From Novosphingobium sp. (GTDB taxonomy: Bacteria > Pseudomonadota > Alphaproteobacteria > Sphingomonadales > Sphingomonadaceae), in contig NZ_JAYSBK010000004.1 of assembly GCF_041915465.1 (NCBI RefSeq), forward strand, positions 13,559 through 77,558: DNA of 64,000 bases, given 5' to 3'. The notes beneath the pieces were generated by a model. It was given only the letters and a program-made list of their open reading frames with translations. It was not told the DNA's origin and ran no database searches. Numbering within the stretch: position 1 is the stretch's first letter; the number at the start of each line of letters is the position of its first letter. Shown one piece after another: positions 1-9,273 of this stretch. The translations under genes were made by a program, and so were the position numbers.

Positions 1-142
1 CTGGATCGGCAATGTCCTGCGCGAAGGAATAGTGAATGCAGCCATCCTCGGCCAGCGTGGTGGCGACCATGACCTTGGCCTGATCGGCCAGTTTTGCGAA
101 TTCACCCGTTGCCAGCTTCAGCCAGCCTTCAATCAGCAGCAT
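1..142 (-). CDS. Antibiotic biosynthesis monooxygenase (ABM)/putative quinol monooxygenase family protein, 3' end outside window
   Basis: Manual translation from ATG 142: MLLIEGWLKLATGEFAKLADQAKVMVATTLAEDGCIHYSFAQDIADP; the ExGCxxY..D pattern is typical of ABM proteins; RBS-like GAGAGGA upstream. Confidence 0.75.
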   Translation of the reverse strand, partial: MLLIEGWLKLATGEFAKLADQAKVMVATTLAEDGCIHYSFAQDIADP

Positions 143-195
143 AGTTTTGTCCTCTCTCATGGCGCGAATCGCGCCGCGCTGGATCGGTAGCGCGC

Positions 196-585
196 TCACT
201 CGCGGCTTGCCAGCATCGCGCACCAGTTGCTGCGCCTGCCGTGCCAGGGTTCGGCCAGGCCTTCATCCACGAGCTGCGTCCCGATGCTCCGCCCGCCGCG
301 CTCGACCACGCGCAAGGAGCGACCATAACGGTCGGTGGTGCGGCTGCCGCTGACTTTGAGCTCGAACGGCCCGGCGTTGAGCAGCACGATCAGCCGCCTG
401 GTCGCGCGGTCGCCCAGTGCCTGTTCGGAAGCGCAGCCGGCGCCGTGGGTTTCGGGCGCGTTGATATCGGCAATGCGCACCTTTTCGCCATTGAGCCAGA
501 AGGTATCGCCATCGACGACGCAGGTGGTGCGAGGCCCCTCGGCGCAGAGCGCAAAGGTGGCGGCGGCAAGCATGATGATGTCCAT
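196..585 (-). CDS. Thermonuclease (SNase) family protein
   Basis: VVDGDT, RIADINAPE and DRYGRSL motifs; start taken at ATG 585. Confidence 0.9.
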   Translation of the reverse strand: MDIIMLAAATFALCAEGPRTTCVVDGDTFWLNGEKVRIADINAPETHGAGCASEQALGDRATRRLIVLLNAGPFELKVSGSRTTDRYGRSLRVVERGGRSIGTQLVDEGLAEPWHGRRSNWCAMLASRE

Positions 586-679
586 CCCCCTGCCAGACGG
601 CAAACGGGGGCGGAAATGTATTCGGGAAACTACCTGGTTTTGCTCGATTCCGGAGGTTTAAATGCCGGAATTCCGCGCC

Positions 680-1915
680 TTAGGCGAGGGAGAGGAACAG
701 CCCCGCCAGCGCCGCGCTCATCAGGTTAGAAAGGCTGCCAGCGGCTAGCGCCTTCAGCCCGAGCCGCGCGATCACCGGGCGCTGGTTGGGTGCAAGGCCC
801 CCCGTCACCGCCATCTGGATCGCGATCGAGCTGAAGTTGGCAAAGCCGCACAGCGCGAAAGTGACGATCCCCATGGTCTGCGGCGAAAGGTCCTTGGCCG
901 CGCCAAGGTCGATGAAGGCGACGAATTCGTTCAGCACCACTTTCGAGCCGAAAAAGCCGCCCGCGCGCATCGCTTCGGCCCAGTCGGGCGCGCCCAGCAG
1001 CAGGAACACCGGTGCGAAGACATAGCCCAGCACCATCTGGAACGAGAGGTCGGGATAGCCGGCGAGGCCGCCGAGCCAGCCCAGCACGCCGTTCGCCAGC
1101 GCCACCAGCGCCACGAAGGCCAGCACCATCGCGCCAACCGCAACGGCCAGCTTCACGCCGGTCTGCGCGCCCTGCGAAGCGGCCATGATGATGTTGGCGG
1201 GGCGTTCCTCGTCGAGGCTCTGCACCGGCACGTCGTCGGGCTCGATCAGCACTTCGCCTTTGGGATCGGGCATGATGATCTTGGCCATCAGGATCCCACC
1301 CGGGGCCGACATGAAGGCGGCAGCCACAAGGTAATCGATGCGGATGCCCATCGAGGCATAGGCCGCCAGAATCGTGCCCGCGACGCCCGCCATGCCCACG
1401 GTCATCAGGCAGAACAACTGGCTGGGCGTAAGCGCGGCAAGATAAGGCCGGATCACCAGCGGGCTTTCCGACTGGCCGACAAAGATATTCGATGCCGCCG
1501 ACAGGCTTTCGACCTTGGTGATCCCGGTGATCTTTTCCAGGCCCCCGCCAATCCACTTGATCACCAGCTGCATGATCCCGAGGTAGTAAAGCACGGAAAT
1601 CAGCGCGGCGAAGAAGATGATCACCGGCAGTGCCGAAATGGCGAAGCTCTTGCCGCCAATTTCGGGCGAGGCGAGCGGGCCGAACAGGAATTCGATCCCC
1701 GCATGGGCATATCCGAGCAGGCTTTCCACGCCGTGCGCCGCGCCCTGCAACATCGCATTGCCCCAGGGCACGTAGAGCACCAGCGCCGCGAACCCGGCCT
1801 GCAGCGCAAAGGCTGCGCCAACCACGCGCAGGCGGATCGCCTTGCGATCGGAGGAAAGCAGGAAGGCGACGGCAAGGATCAGCGCCATGCCGATCAGGCT
1901 CTTGACGATATGCAT
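680..1915 (-). CDS. nupC: NupC/NupG CNT-family nucleoside transporter
   Basis: Polytopic membrane protein with IFVGQSE, NEFVAF and CGFANFSSIAI CNT motifs; start MHIVKSL at 1915. Confidence 0.92.
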   Translation of the reverse strand: MHIVKSLIGMALILAVAFLLSSDRKAIRLRVVGAAFALQAGFAALVLYVPWGNAMLQGAAHGVESLLGYAHAGIEFLFGPLASPEIGGKSFAISALPVIIFFAALISVLYYLGIMQLVIKWIGGGLEKITGITKVESLSAASNIFVGQSESPLVIRPYLAALTPSQLFCLMTVGMAGVAGTILAAYASMGIRIDYLVAAAFMSAPGGILMAKIIMPDPKGEVLIEPDDVPVQSLDEERPANIIMAASQGAQTGVKLAVAVGAMVLAFVALVALANGVLGWLGGLAGYPDLSFQMVLGYVFAPVFLLLGAPDWAEAMRAGGFFGSKVVLNEFVAFIDLGAAKDLSPQTMGIVTFALCGFANFSSIAIQMAVTGGLAPNQRPVIARLGLKALAAGSLSNLMSAALAGLFLSLA

Positions 1916-2043
1916 GGGTAGGAGGGTTCCCCGAGGAGTTGCTGACCCCAGAGGTAGCGCCTTTCCAAATTCAGTCAATTTCCCGGGCATTCCCGGCTGT
2001 TGAGGACTTGCCCGCGTCCAGCCGCGCGCTAATCCTTTTGCCC

Positions 2044-2715
2044 ATGGAAACCCGCACCATCGCCATGCCGCGCTCGCTCTTCGCTTTTTCGCTGCTTTAC
2101 GGGGGGCTGGCCGTGCTCGCCGGGGTGCTCGGCACCAAGCTGGCATCGCTTGGCCATTGGCCGCTGCTGGGCGATCTGGCGGTGGAAAGCGGGATCTTCG
2201 CCTTCCTGCTGCTGGTGGTGATGTCGAGCGCGGTGGCCGAACTGTTCGGGCAGGACATGGCGAACAAGCTGGTGCGCTTTGGCTTCGTGCCGCTGATCGT
2301 TTCGATGATCATGCTCACGCTGGTGATCCACGCCGTGCCGCCAGCGCCGTTCTGGCAGGATCAGGAAGCCTTTGCCCGGCTGCTGGGGCAGGGGGCGCGG
2401 ATGCAGTTCGCGGGGCTGATTTCCTATGGCACTTCACAGACGCTCAACGTCTACCTGTTCAGCCGGATAGCGGGCGGGCAGGGCAAGGCACTGGTTTTGC
2501 GCGCTTGGATCGCCAGCCTGCTGTCGCAGATCGTCGACACGATCCTGTTCATCACGATCAGCTTCTATGGCCAGGACATGCCGCTGATGCAGATCATGGA
2601 AGGCCAGATCATTTCCAAGCTGGTGCTTTCCACCATCATGGTCCCGCCGCTGATCGTGGTGTTCGTGCGCCTGGGCAACTGGCTCGACCGCGCCCCCCTG
2701 CAGGCGAGGGCCTAA
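2044..2715 (+). CDS. yhhQ: Queuosine precursor transporter (YhhQ/VUT family)
   Basis: Hydrophobic protein with ELFG, SQTLNVYLF and SQIVDTILF motifs. Confidence 0.8.
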   Translation: METRTIAMPRSLFAFSLLYGGLAVLAGVLGTKLASLGHWPLLGDLAVESGIFAFLLLVVMSSAVAELFGQDMANKLVRFGFVPLIVSMIMLTLVIHAVPPAPFWQDQEAFARLLGQGARMQFAGLISYGTSQTLNVYLFSRIAGGQGKALVLRAWIASLLSQIVDTILFITISFYGQDMPLMQIMEGQIISKLVLSTIMVPPLIVVFVRLGNWLDRAPLQARA

Positions 2716-2758
2716 AAAAACTTCAATTCCGCGCGGAGGGGTCTAAAGGGCGCGCATT

Positions 2759-3655
2759 ATGTCAAACTCACACGATCCCGCTCTGCTGGCCAAGGCCGAA
2801 ACGCTGGTCGAGGCGCTGCCTTATCTCCAGCGCTATGCCGGGCGCACCTTCGTGGTGAAGTATGGCGGCCACGCAATGGGCGATCCCGACCTCGCGCACG
2901 ACTTTGCCGAAGACGTGGTGCTGATGAAGGCCGTGGGGATCAACCCGGTGGTGGTCCATGGCGGCGGTCCGCAGATCGGCGCGATGCTCAAGAAGCTGGG
3001 CGTCGAAAGCCGCTTCGTCGATGGCCTGCGGGTGACCGATAAGGCCACGGCGGAAGTCGCCGAAATGGTCCTCTCGGGCGCGATCAATAAGGAAATCGTG
3101 CGCTGGATCGCGGGTGCGGGCGGCAAGGCGCTGGGCATTTCGGGCAAGGACGGCGGGCTCGTCACCGCGCGCAAGGTGCAGCGCACCACCCGCGATCCGG
3201 GCAGCCAGATCGAACAGGTGGTCGACCTCGGCTTCGTGGGCGAACCGCAAACGGTCGATGCCAAGGTGATCAAGACCATTTCCGATGCCGGGATGATTCC
3301 CGTCATTGCGCCGATCGCGGTGGGCGAGGACGGCGAGACCTACAACATCAACGCCGATACCATGGCGGGTGCGATTGCGGCGGCGCTCGGTGCGGCGCGG
3401 CTGTTCCTGCTGACCGACGTTTCAGGCGTGCTCGACAAGAACAAGCAGCTCCTCACCGACCTGCGCCCGGCCGACATCGAAAAGCTGCAGCAGGACGGCA
3501 CGATCAGCGGGGGCATGATCCCCAAGCTGGAAACCTGCGTTCACGCGGTCGAGGCCGGGTGCGAGGCGGCGGTGGTGCTCGACGGGCGCGTGCCGCACGC
3601 AATGCTGCTCGAAATCTTCACCTCGCGCGGCGCGGGCACCCTGATCCGCGCATGA
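2759..3655 (+). CDS. argB: Acetylglutamate kinase
   Basis: [23 protein letters not shown] and YNINAD motifs. Confidence 0.97.
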   Translation: MSNSHDPALLAKAETLVEALPYLQRYAGRTFVVKYGGHAMGDPDLAHDFAEDVVLMKAVGINPVVVHGGGPQIGAMLKKLGVESRFVDGLRVTDKATAEVAEMVLSGAINKEIVRWIAGAGGKALGISGKDGGLVTARKVQRTTRDPGSQIEQVVDLGFVGEPQTVDAKVIKTISDAGMIPVIAPIAVGEDGETYNINADTMAGAIAAALGAARLFLLTDVSGVLDKNKQLLTDLRPADIEKLQQDGTISGGMIPKLETCVHAVEAGCEAAVVLDGRVPHAMLLEIFTSRGAGTLIRA

Positions 3656-4155
3656 TCCGGCGGGCCATCCCCGCGCTGGCGCTGCTCGTGCTGGCGGCCT
3701 GCGGGGACAAGGCCGAACAAGCGCCTTCGGCTCCCGCCACCACGGCGGCTGCGCCAGTTCCGGCACCGCCCGTTCCGGCACCGACCCCCAGCGCTGTGCC
3801 GCTTCCGTCCGAATCGCGCGATCCGCGCAAGGTGCTGCTCGAATGGGCCAAGGCCGTTTCGCTCAAGGACTGGGACGCGGCCTATCTCTATTGGGGCGAG
3901 CACGGCACGCGCAGCGGACAGAGCCTTGCCCAGTTCAAGGCGCGCTGGGGCAAGCTCAATGCCCCCGAACTCGAAGTGCGCGAAGGTCAGGCCGAAGGCG
4001 CGGCGGGATCGCTGTTCTATACCGCGCCGGTCACGATCATCGATGGCAAGCGGCGCATCATTGGCGAGGTCGTGCTGCGGCGGGTCAACAACGTGCCGGG
4101 CGCCAGCGCGGAGCAACTGCGCTGGCACATCGAAAGCGACAGTTTCGCATTCTGA
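3652..4155 (+). CDS. Putative lipoprotein with Pro/Ala-rich linker
   Basis: Signal peptide with lipobox LAAC; ATGA overlap with argB stop. Confidence 0.7.
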   Translation: MIRRAIPALALLVLAACGDKAEQAPSAPATTAAAPVPAPPVPAPTPSAVPLPSESRDPRKVLLEWAKAVSLKDWDAAYLYWGEHGTRSGQSLAQFKARWGKLNAPELEVREGQAEGAAGSLFYTAPVTIIDGKRRIIGEVVLRRVNNVPGASAEQLRWHIESDSFAF

Positions 4156-4286
4156 TTGCCGGCGCCAACGAGGACTGGACAAATTAGTAAGTGGTGCTTA
4201 CAAAATTGTGCAGGGAACTCCGGTTGCCGGTGCGCATGCCCTTGGGCTATCAGCGCAGCCTTGCAAACCGGAACGAGGATAGGCCT

Positions 4287-4583
4287 GTGCTCGCTTACAC
4301 ACTGATCGACATTATCGGTTATCTGATCTCGATCATCGTCACGCTGGTCATCATCCAGTTCGTGATGTCACTACTGTTGCAGTTCAACGTCATCAATTAT
4401 CACAACAATTTCGTGAATGCGGCCTGGCAGGCAATCAACGCGCTGCTGGAGCCGATCCTTGCCCCTGTTCGCCGGATCATGCCCGATACCGGCGCCATCG
4501 ACTTTTCGCCGATGGTGCTGATCGTTGGCCTGACCATCCTTCAGAAAGTCCTATACGGACTTGCGATTGCGAGTGTGCAATGA
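4287..4583 (+). CDS. yggT: YggT family membrane protein
   Basis: [18 protein letters not shown] motif; GTG start. Confidence 0.88.
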   Translation: MLAYTLIDIIGYLISIIVTLVIIQFVMSLLLQFNVINYHNNFVNAAWQAINALLEPILAPVRRIMPDTGAIDFSPMVLIVGLTILQKVLYGLAIASVQ

Positions 4584-5476
4584 CGGCTTCGATTATCGAC
4601 GGGAAAGCTTTTGCAGCCGGGCTTCGTGCCCGTGTGGCGGACTATGCCGCCACCTTTGAACAGGCCGCTGGCCGCAAGGCGGGCCTCGCCGTGGTGCTGG
4701 TGGGCGAAGACCCGGCCAGCCAGGTCTATGTTGCCTCCAAGGGCAAGGCCACGGTCGAATGCGGCATGGCCAGCTTCGAACACAAGCTGCCCGAAAGCAC
4801 GACCCAGGAAGACCTGATCGCGCTGGTCGACCAGCTGAATGCCGATCCGATGGTCGACGGCATCCTCGTCCAGCTGCCGCTGCCAAAGCACCTCGACGAA
4901 CAGGCCGTGGTCGAACGGATCAGCCCCGACAAGGACGTCGATGGCTTGACGCCGACCAGCACCGGCCGTCTCGCGCTGGGCCTGCCGGGTCTCGTACCCT
5001 GTACGCCGCTCGGCAGCCTGATGCTGCTGAAGGATCAGCTCGGCAGCCTTTCGGGCCTCGATGCGGTGGTGATCGGCCGTTCGATCCTGGTCGGCAAGCC
5101 GATGGCGCAGTTGCTGCTCGCCGAAAGCTGCACCGTTACCATCGCGCACAGCCGCACGAAGAACCTGCCCGACGTGGTCCGCCGCGCCGACATCGTCGTG
5201 GCCGCGGTCGGCCGGCCGGAAATGGTCAAGGGCGATTGGCTCAAGCCCGGCGCGACCGTGATCGACGTCGGTATCAACCGCCTGCCGCCTGCCGAGGGCA
5301 AGACCAAGGGGCGCCTGGTGGGCGACGTCGATTATGCCGAGGCGCGCGAAGTCGCTTCTGCCGTTACCCCGGTGCCGGGCGGCGTGGGGCCGATGACCAT
5401 CGCCGTGCTGCTGCGCAATGCGCTGGTTGCCGCGCACCGCAATGCGGGGGTGGCGCTCGCCGAAGGGGCGCTCTAA
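4580..5476 (+). CDS. folD: Bifunctional methylenetetrahydrofolate dehydrogenase/cyclohydrolase
   Basis: [28 protein letters not shown] and [13 protein letters not shown] motifs. Confidence 0.97.
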   Translation: MTASIIDGKAFAAGLRARVADYAATFEQAAGRKAGLAVVLVGEDPASQVYVASKGKATVECGMASFEHKLPESTTQEDLIALVDQLNADPMVDGILVQLPLPKHLDEQAVVERISPDKDVDGLTPTSTGRLALGLPGLVPCTPLGSLMLLKDQLGSLSGLDAVVIGRSILVGKPMAQLLLAESCTVTIAHSRTKNLPDVVRRADIVVAAVGRPEMVKGDWLKPGATVIDVGINRLPPAEGKTKGRLVGDVDYAEAREVASAVTPVPGGVGPMTIAVLLRNALVAAHRNAGVALAEGAL

Positions 5477-5486
5477 ACAGGCGCGC

Positions 5487-6173
5487 ATGAAGCGTCTGTC
5501 TATAGCACTCGCCCTGGTTGCCCTATCGGGTGCCGCGATCGCCAAGGATCGCGGCCCGCAGGTCAATTATGCCAACCCCAGCGCCGCGATCGCGGCCGAG
5601 ATCGCTTTTGCCCAGCTCGCGCAGGACAAGGGCCAGTGGACGGCGTTTCGCGCCACCGCGACCAAGGACGCGGTGATGTTCGCGCCGCAGCTGGTCTATG
5701 CGCAGGACTTCCTCAAGGACAAGCCTGACCCTGCCGTTGCCGTGAAGTGGCAGCCGCATCAGGTCTGGTCGAGCTGCGACGGTTCGATCGCAGTGACGCG
5801 CGGGGCCTGGCAGCGCCCCGATTCGACCGGCTATTTCACCACTGTCTGGCAGCGCCAGAACGACGGGACCTACAAGTGGGTGATGGATCAGGGCGATAAC
5901 CTCGCCATGCCGCTCGACGCGCCGGAAATGATTGTCGCCAAGGTCGCCGATTGCCCCAAGGGCAAGCCTTCGCGTCCCATGAAGCGCGCCAAGATCAAGA
6001 AACTGCCACCGCTCGATCCCGCCCACCTCGCCGGTCAGTCGGATGACGGCACGCTGACCTATGAAGTCAACGTCCAGCCCAATGGCGCGCGTCAGTTCAC
6101 CGTCAGCCTGATGCTGGGCGGGCAGCTTGCGCCGGTCCAGATGGTCGAAGTCGCCGCGCCCGAAGGCAAATGA
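5487..6173 (+). CDS. Exported hypothetical protein, NTF2/DUF4440-like fold
   Basis: Signal peptide; YFTTVWQRQNDGTYKWVMD strand typical of NTF2-like proteins. Confidence 0.6.
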   Translation: MKRLSIALALVALSGAAIAKDRGPQVNYANPSAAIAAEIAFAQLAQDKGQWTAFRATATKDAVMFAPQLVYAQDFLKDKPDPAVAVKWQPHQVWSSCDGSIAVTRGAWQRPDSTGYFTTVWQRQNDGTYKWVMDQGDNLAMPLDAPEMIVAKVADCPKGKPSRPMKRAKIKKLPPLDPAHLAGQSDDGTLTYEVNVQPNGARQFTVSLMLGGQLAPVQMVEVAAPEGK

Positions 6174-6793
6174 TCGACCTGTTCCTCTCGGCCTTCGTCA
6201 CCCTGTTCGTGGTGATCGATCCACCCGGCTGCGCCCCGATCTATGCCGGTCTGGTCAGCGGTGCGAGCCACCGCCAGGCCGTGTCGATGGCAGTGCGGGC
6301 CTGCTTTATCGCGGCGCTGATCCTGCTGGTCTTTGCCTTGTTCGGCGAGAATCTGCTGGGTGCGCTGCACATCGAGCTCAATTCCTTCCGCATCGCGGGC
6401 GGCATCATGCTGTTCGTGATCGCGCTCGACATGGTCTTCGAAAAGCGCACCCAGCGCCGCGAGGAACGCGCCGACAAGATCCGCGAGGAGCATGTCGAGG
6501 ACGTGTCGGTTTTTCCGATGGCCATGCCGATGATCGCCGGGCCCGGATCGATCGCGACGGTCATGCTGCTCACCGCGCGCGCTCACGGGACCGAGGAAAC
6601 GCTGGTCGTGCTGGCCGCGCTTGGCGCGGTGCTGCTGCTGACGCTTGCCGCCCTCGCCGCGGCGGGGCCGTTGATGCGGCTGCTCGGCACGCGGGTCGAA
6701 GCGGTGATCACGCGCCTGCTGGGCGTGCTGCTGGCCGCGCTTGCCGCGCAATACGTGATCGACGGCGTCAAGGCCGTGCTGACCGCGGTTTGA
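6170..6793 (+). CDS. marC: MarC family membrane protein
   Basis: VIDPPG, FRIAGGIMLF, FPMAMPMIAGPG and TRLLGVLL motifs. Confidence 0.93.
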   Translation: MIDLFLSAFVTLFVVIDPPGCAPIYAGLVSGASHRQAVSMAVRACFIAALILLVFALFGENLLGALHIELNSFRIAGGIMLFVIALDMVFEKRTQRREERADKIREEHVEDVSVFPMAMPMIAGPGSIATVMLLTARAHGTEETLVVLAALGAVLLLTLAALAAAGPLMRLLGTRVEAVITRLLGVLLAALAAQYVIDGVKAVLTAV

Positions 6794-6796
6794 ACC

Positions 6797-7402
6797 TTAC
6801 TGCAAGGTAACCCGGTCGTCGTCGCTGTCGCGCCGGCCGAAGAACTGCATCAGCTGGATCAGCAATTCGCAGCGCTCCGTCAACGTCCGGGTCTCCAGCA
6901 GCGCCTGCTTTGACGCGGGATCGAACGGCACGATCTGGCTGGTGCCGTCGATCAGCGATTCGTCGTCAAGCCGCGTCACCGCGTCCCAGTCCACCGAATA
7001 GCCCTGCATATCGGCAAAGCGGCGCGCCTCGCGCTCAAACCCGGCGCGTTCGATCGCGGAGAGGGAGGCTCCTTCCTCGTCCTCGATCAGTTCGGCCTCG
7101 ACCTGCCGGAAGGGCGTGGTGACATCGAGCTCGCGAATGATGCGAAAACGCGCCTCGCCTTCCAGGATCAGGTTGAAGCGGCCATCCTCCAGCGCCTCGA
7201 CCTCGTCGATCCGGCCAAGGCAGCCCACGGCATAGAGCGGCGCGCCTTCTGCCGCGCGCTGCGGCTGGATCATCCCGATCCGCCGATCGCGCGCCAGCGC
7301 ATCCTTCACCAGAGCGCGGTAACGCGGCTCGAAGATGTGCAAGGGCAGCTGCAATCCCGGAAACAGGATCGCGCCCGGCAAGGGGAAGATCGAGATGCGC
7401 AC
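6797..7402 (-). CDS. LON peptidase substrate-binding domain protein
   Basis: IFPLPGAILFPGLQLPLHIFEPRYRALV motif; GTG start inferred. Confidence 0.9.
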   Translation of the reverse strand: MRISIFPLPGAILFPGLQLPLHIFEPRYRALVKDALARDRRIGMIQPQRAAEGAPLYAVGCLGRIDEVEALEDGRFNLILEGEARFRIIRELDVTTPFRQVEAELIEDEEGASLSAIERAGFEREARRFADMQGYSVDWDAVTRLDDESLIDGTSQIVPFDPASKQALLETRTLTERCELLIQLMQFFGRRDSDDDRVTLQ

Positions 7403-7419
7403 GGCCCGCGCCCCCGGGC

Positions 7420-8319
7420 CTATCCGAACAGGATCAGCGACAGGCGGCGGCGCTGGGCAGCGACCCATGGATCCTCAAGGCCGACGACCTCGAAGATCTG
7501 CAGCAGCTTGGCCCGCGCCGCACCATCATTCCACGCTCGGTCGGCGCCGATCATGGCAAGCAAGGTGTCGGCGGCAGCATCGCGATTGCCTGCCGCAAAG
7601 GCGGCGTTGGCAAAGGCCAACTGCGCCTCCATGTCGGCCGGGCTTGCCTCGGCGGCAAGACGCAGCGCGGCAAGTTCGCTGTCCTCGGGCTTGTCCTTGG
7701 CAAGATCGAGCGCGGCCTTGGCGCGGGCGATTTCGGCGTCTGCGGCCATTTCGGGCGCGACGGCGCCCAGCATGGCCTCGGCGTGTTCGATTTCGCCGGC
7801 AGCCACCAGCGCGCGAATCAGGCCCGCCTGCGCTGCCGGATTGGTCGGCGCGGCTTCGGCGATCTGGGCGAACATGCCCGCCGCCTGCCCGGCATCGCCG
7901 CCGGCCAGCACTTCCTCGGCCATGGCAAGCAACTGGCTGACGTCTTCCTCGATCCCGCCGCCCGGCTGGACCGGCAGCTTGGCGAGCAACTGATCCAGCA
8001 TCGACTTCAGTTGCGATTCGCTGCGCGCGTTGGTCAGGTCGGCAATCGGCTGGCCCTGGAACAGCGCATAGACCGTGGGGATCGAGCGCACCTGGAACTG
8101 CGCGGCAATGAACTGTTCCTCATCGACGTTGACCTTGGCCAGGACCACGCCCTTGTCGGCATATTCGGCCGCAACCTTTTCCAGCACCGGGGCCAGCGCC
8201 TTGCACGGTCCGCACCATTCAGCCCAGAAATCGAGGATGACGAGATTCGTCATCGAAGGTTCGACCACGTTCTTGCGGAATCGGTCGACCGCCTTCTGTT
8301 CGTCGAGGTTGAGGCCCAT
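7420..8319 (-). CDS. ybbN: Thioredoxin-TPR chaperedoxin (YbbN/CnoX)
   Basis: DFWAEWCGPCK active site followed by TPR-like helical C-terminus ending RRRLSLILFG. Confidence 0.92.
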   Translation of the reverse strand: MGLNLDEQKAVDRFRKNVVEPSMTNLVILDFWAEWCGPCKALAPVLEKVAAEYADKGVVLAKVNVDEEQFIAAQFQVRSIPTVYALFQGQPIADLTNARSESQLKSMLDQLLAKLPVQPGGGIEEDVSQLLAMAEEVLAGGDAGQAAGMFAQIAEAAPTNPAAQAGLIRALVAAGEIEHAEAMLGAVAPEMAADAEIARAKAALDLAKDKPEDSELAALRLAAEASPADMEAQLAFANAAFAAGNRDAAADTLLAMIGADRAWNDGAARAKLLQIFEVVGLEDPWVAAQRRRLSLILFG

Positions 8320-8511
8320 GCTTGCCAAGGGAAACTCCATCAGGATTTGGATGTCGGTCCCCAATGTGGGCCTTTGTGCGGGTTTGTGAAGGGAGAAAGC
8401 ACTTCTTGCGCTTTCAGGCAATTTTCCCCTTGGCAAGCACGAACCCCGATGCTAACCGCGCGCCTCACCCCGGCCCACCAGCCACAAGGCAGGCGGGCCG
8501 CGAACGTCAGA

Positions 8512-8586
8512 GCGGGCGTAGCTCAGGGGTAGAGCACAACCTTGCCAAGGTTGGGGTCGAGGGTTCGAATCCCTTCGCCCGCTCCA
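8512..8586 (+). tRNA. tRNA-Gly (anticodon GCC); probable ICE integration site
   Basis: GCGGGCG..CGCCCGC acceptor stem plus encoded CCA, TTGCCAA anticodon loop, GGTTCGAATCC T-loop. Confidence 0.97.
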
Positions 8587-8637
8587 GTTTTCTTCCACAA
8601 TATCAGTAATTTAAACTCAGGAACGGGCTTCCGTCTT

Positions 8638-8684
8638 CGCTTACAGTCATGCAGCAGAACTGCGGTGTAACCAGAATGTAAGCG
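8638..8684. repeat. Inverted and direct repeats next to the att site (candidate integrase arm-type sites)
   Basis: CGCTTACAGTC (8638-8648) and GAATGTAAGCG (8674-8684) form an 11-bp inverted repeat with one mismatch; TGTAA repeated at 8666 and 8677. Confidence 0.55.
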
Positions 8685-9201
8685 CGACAAAATGTGCTGA
8701 TTAAGCGGCGGATTGCTGCGAAGCTTTGGCAACATCCCGCATGCCAAAGCCGAAGAGCGATACTACGGGATGCTGGACGACACACCCATGGCCGCATAAT
8801 TTGAACCAAATGGCCTCCGGCAATCCCGGGGAGTGTGTGGATGCTCCTAGTTTAGCAAGATGATTTTCTGACGTAATGACGGCGTGGCGCTTCTATCGCT
8901 CGTGTGTCAGGCCCCTTGTTGTGGCCTGAAGGTTGCCACGGGCCGGTATGCAGTCCGAAGATCGCGGTCCACATCGGTTCAGCGAGCTTTTATGCTCGAG
9001 CCCCGGGACTGGTTTCCAGGTCCTGAACATTGAAGTCCTTGCCGCATAATCGTCAGTCGATCCCCTTGCGAGGGCTGCAAAGCCCTCAGGCGCGTAGCCC
9101 AATGGTTCGACCGCGAGGCGCACGGCCCCTGGCGGCAAGGCTGGTGAACGCCGACCTCGTCGAGGCGGACGTTCCGACTTCAGGCGTTATCACATTGCGC
9201 C

Positions 9202-9230
9202 TTGCCAATTAAGTCAGGCTAACTTACCAT
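9202..9230 (+). promoter_or_regulatory. Sigma70-type promoter with operator between -35 and -10
   Basis: TTGCCA-N17-TACCAT; contains 21-mer TAAGTCAGGCTAACTTACCAT (9210-9230), related to the sites at 14543, 20096 and 24943. Confidence 0.6.
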
Positions 9231-9273
9231 AAGGCATCTTGACGATAATGAGTCTTTTTCCGTGAGGGGAGCG

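Noticed and set aside
1916-2043. preQ1 or purine riboswitch between divergent nupC and yhhQ
   Set aside because: No recognisable preQ1-I/II/III or purine aptamer sequence in the 128-bp gap.
8523-8747. Short ORF ending GAGEGIRTLDPNLGKVVLYP
   Set aside because: Antisense translation of tRNA-Gly; a common spurious call.
8890-9200. Possible degenerate IS110-like transposase remnant (minus-strand ..PCASRSNHWATRLRAL..) and short ORFs
   Set aside because: The similarity is a few residues by eye, with no intact frame, terminal repeats or catalytic motif; not supportable without a profile search.
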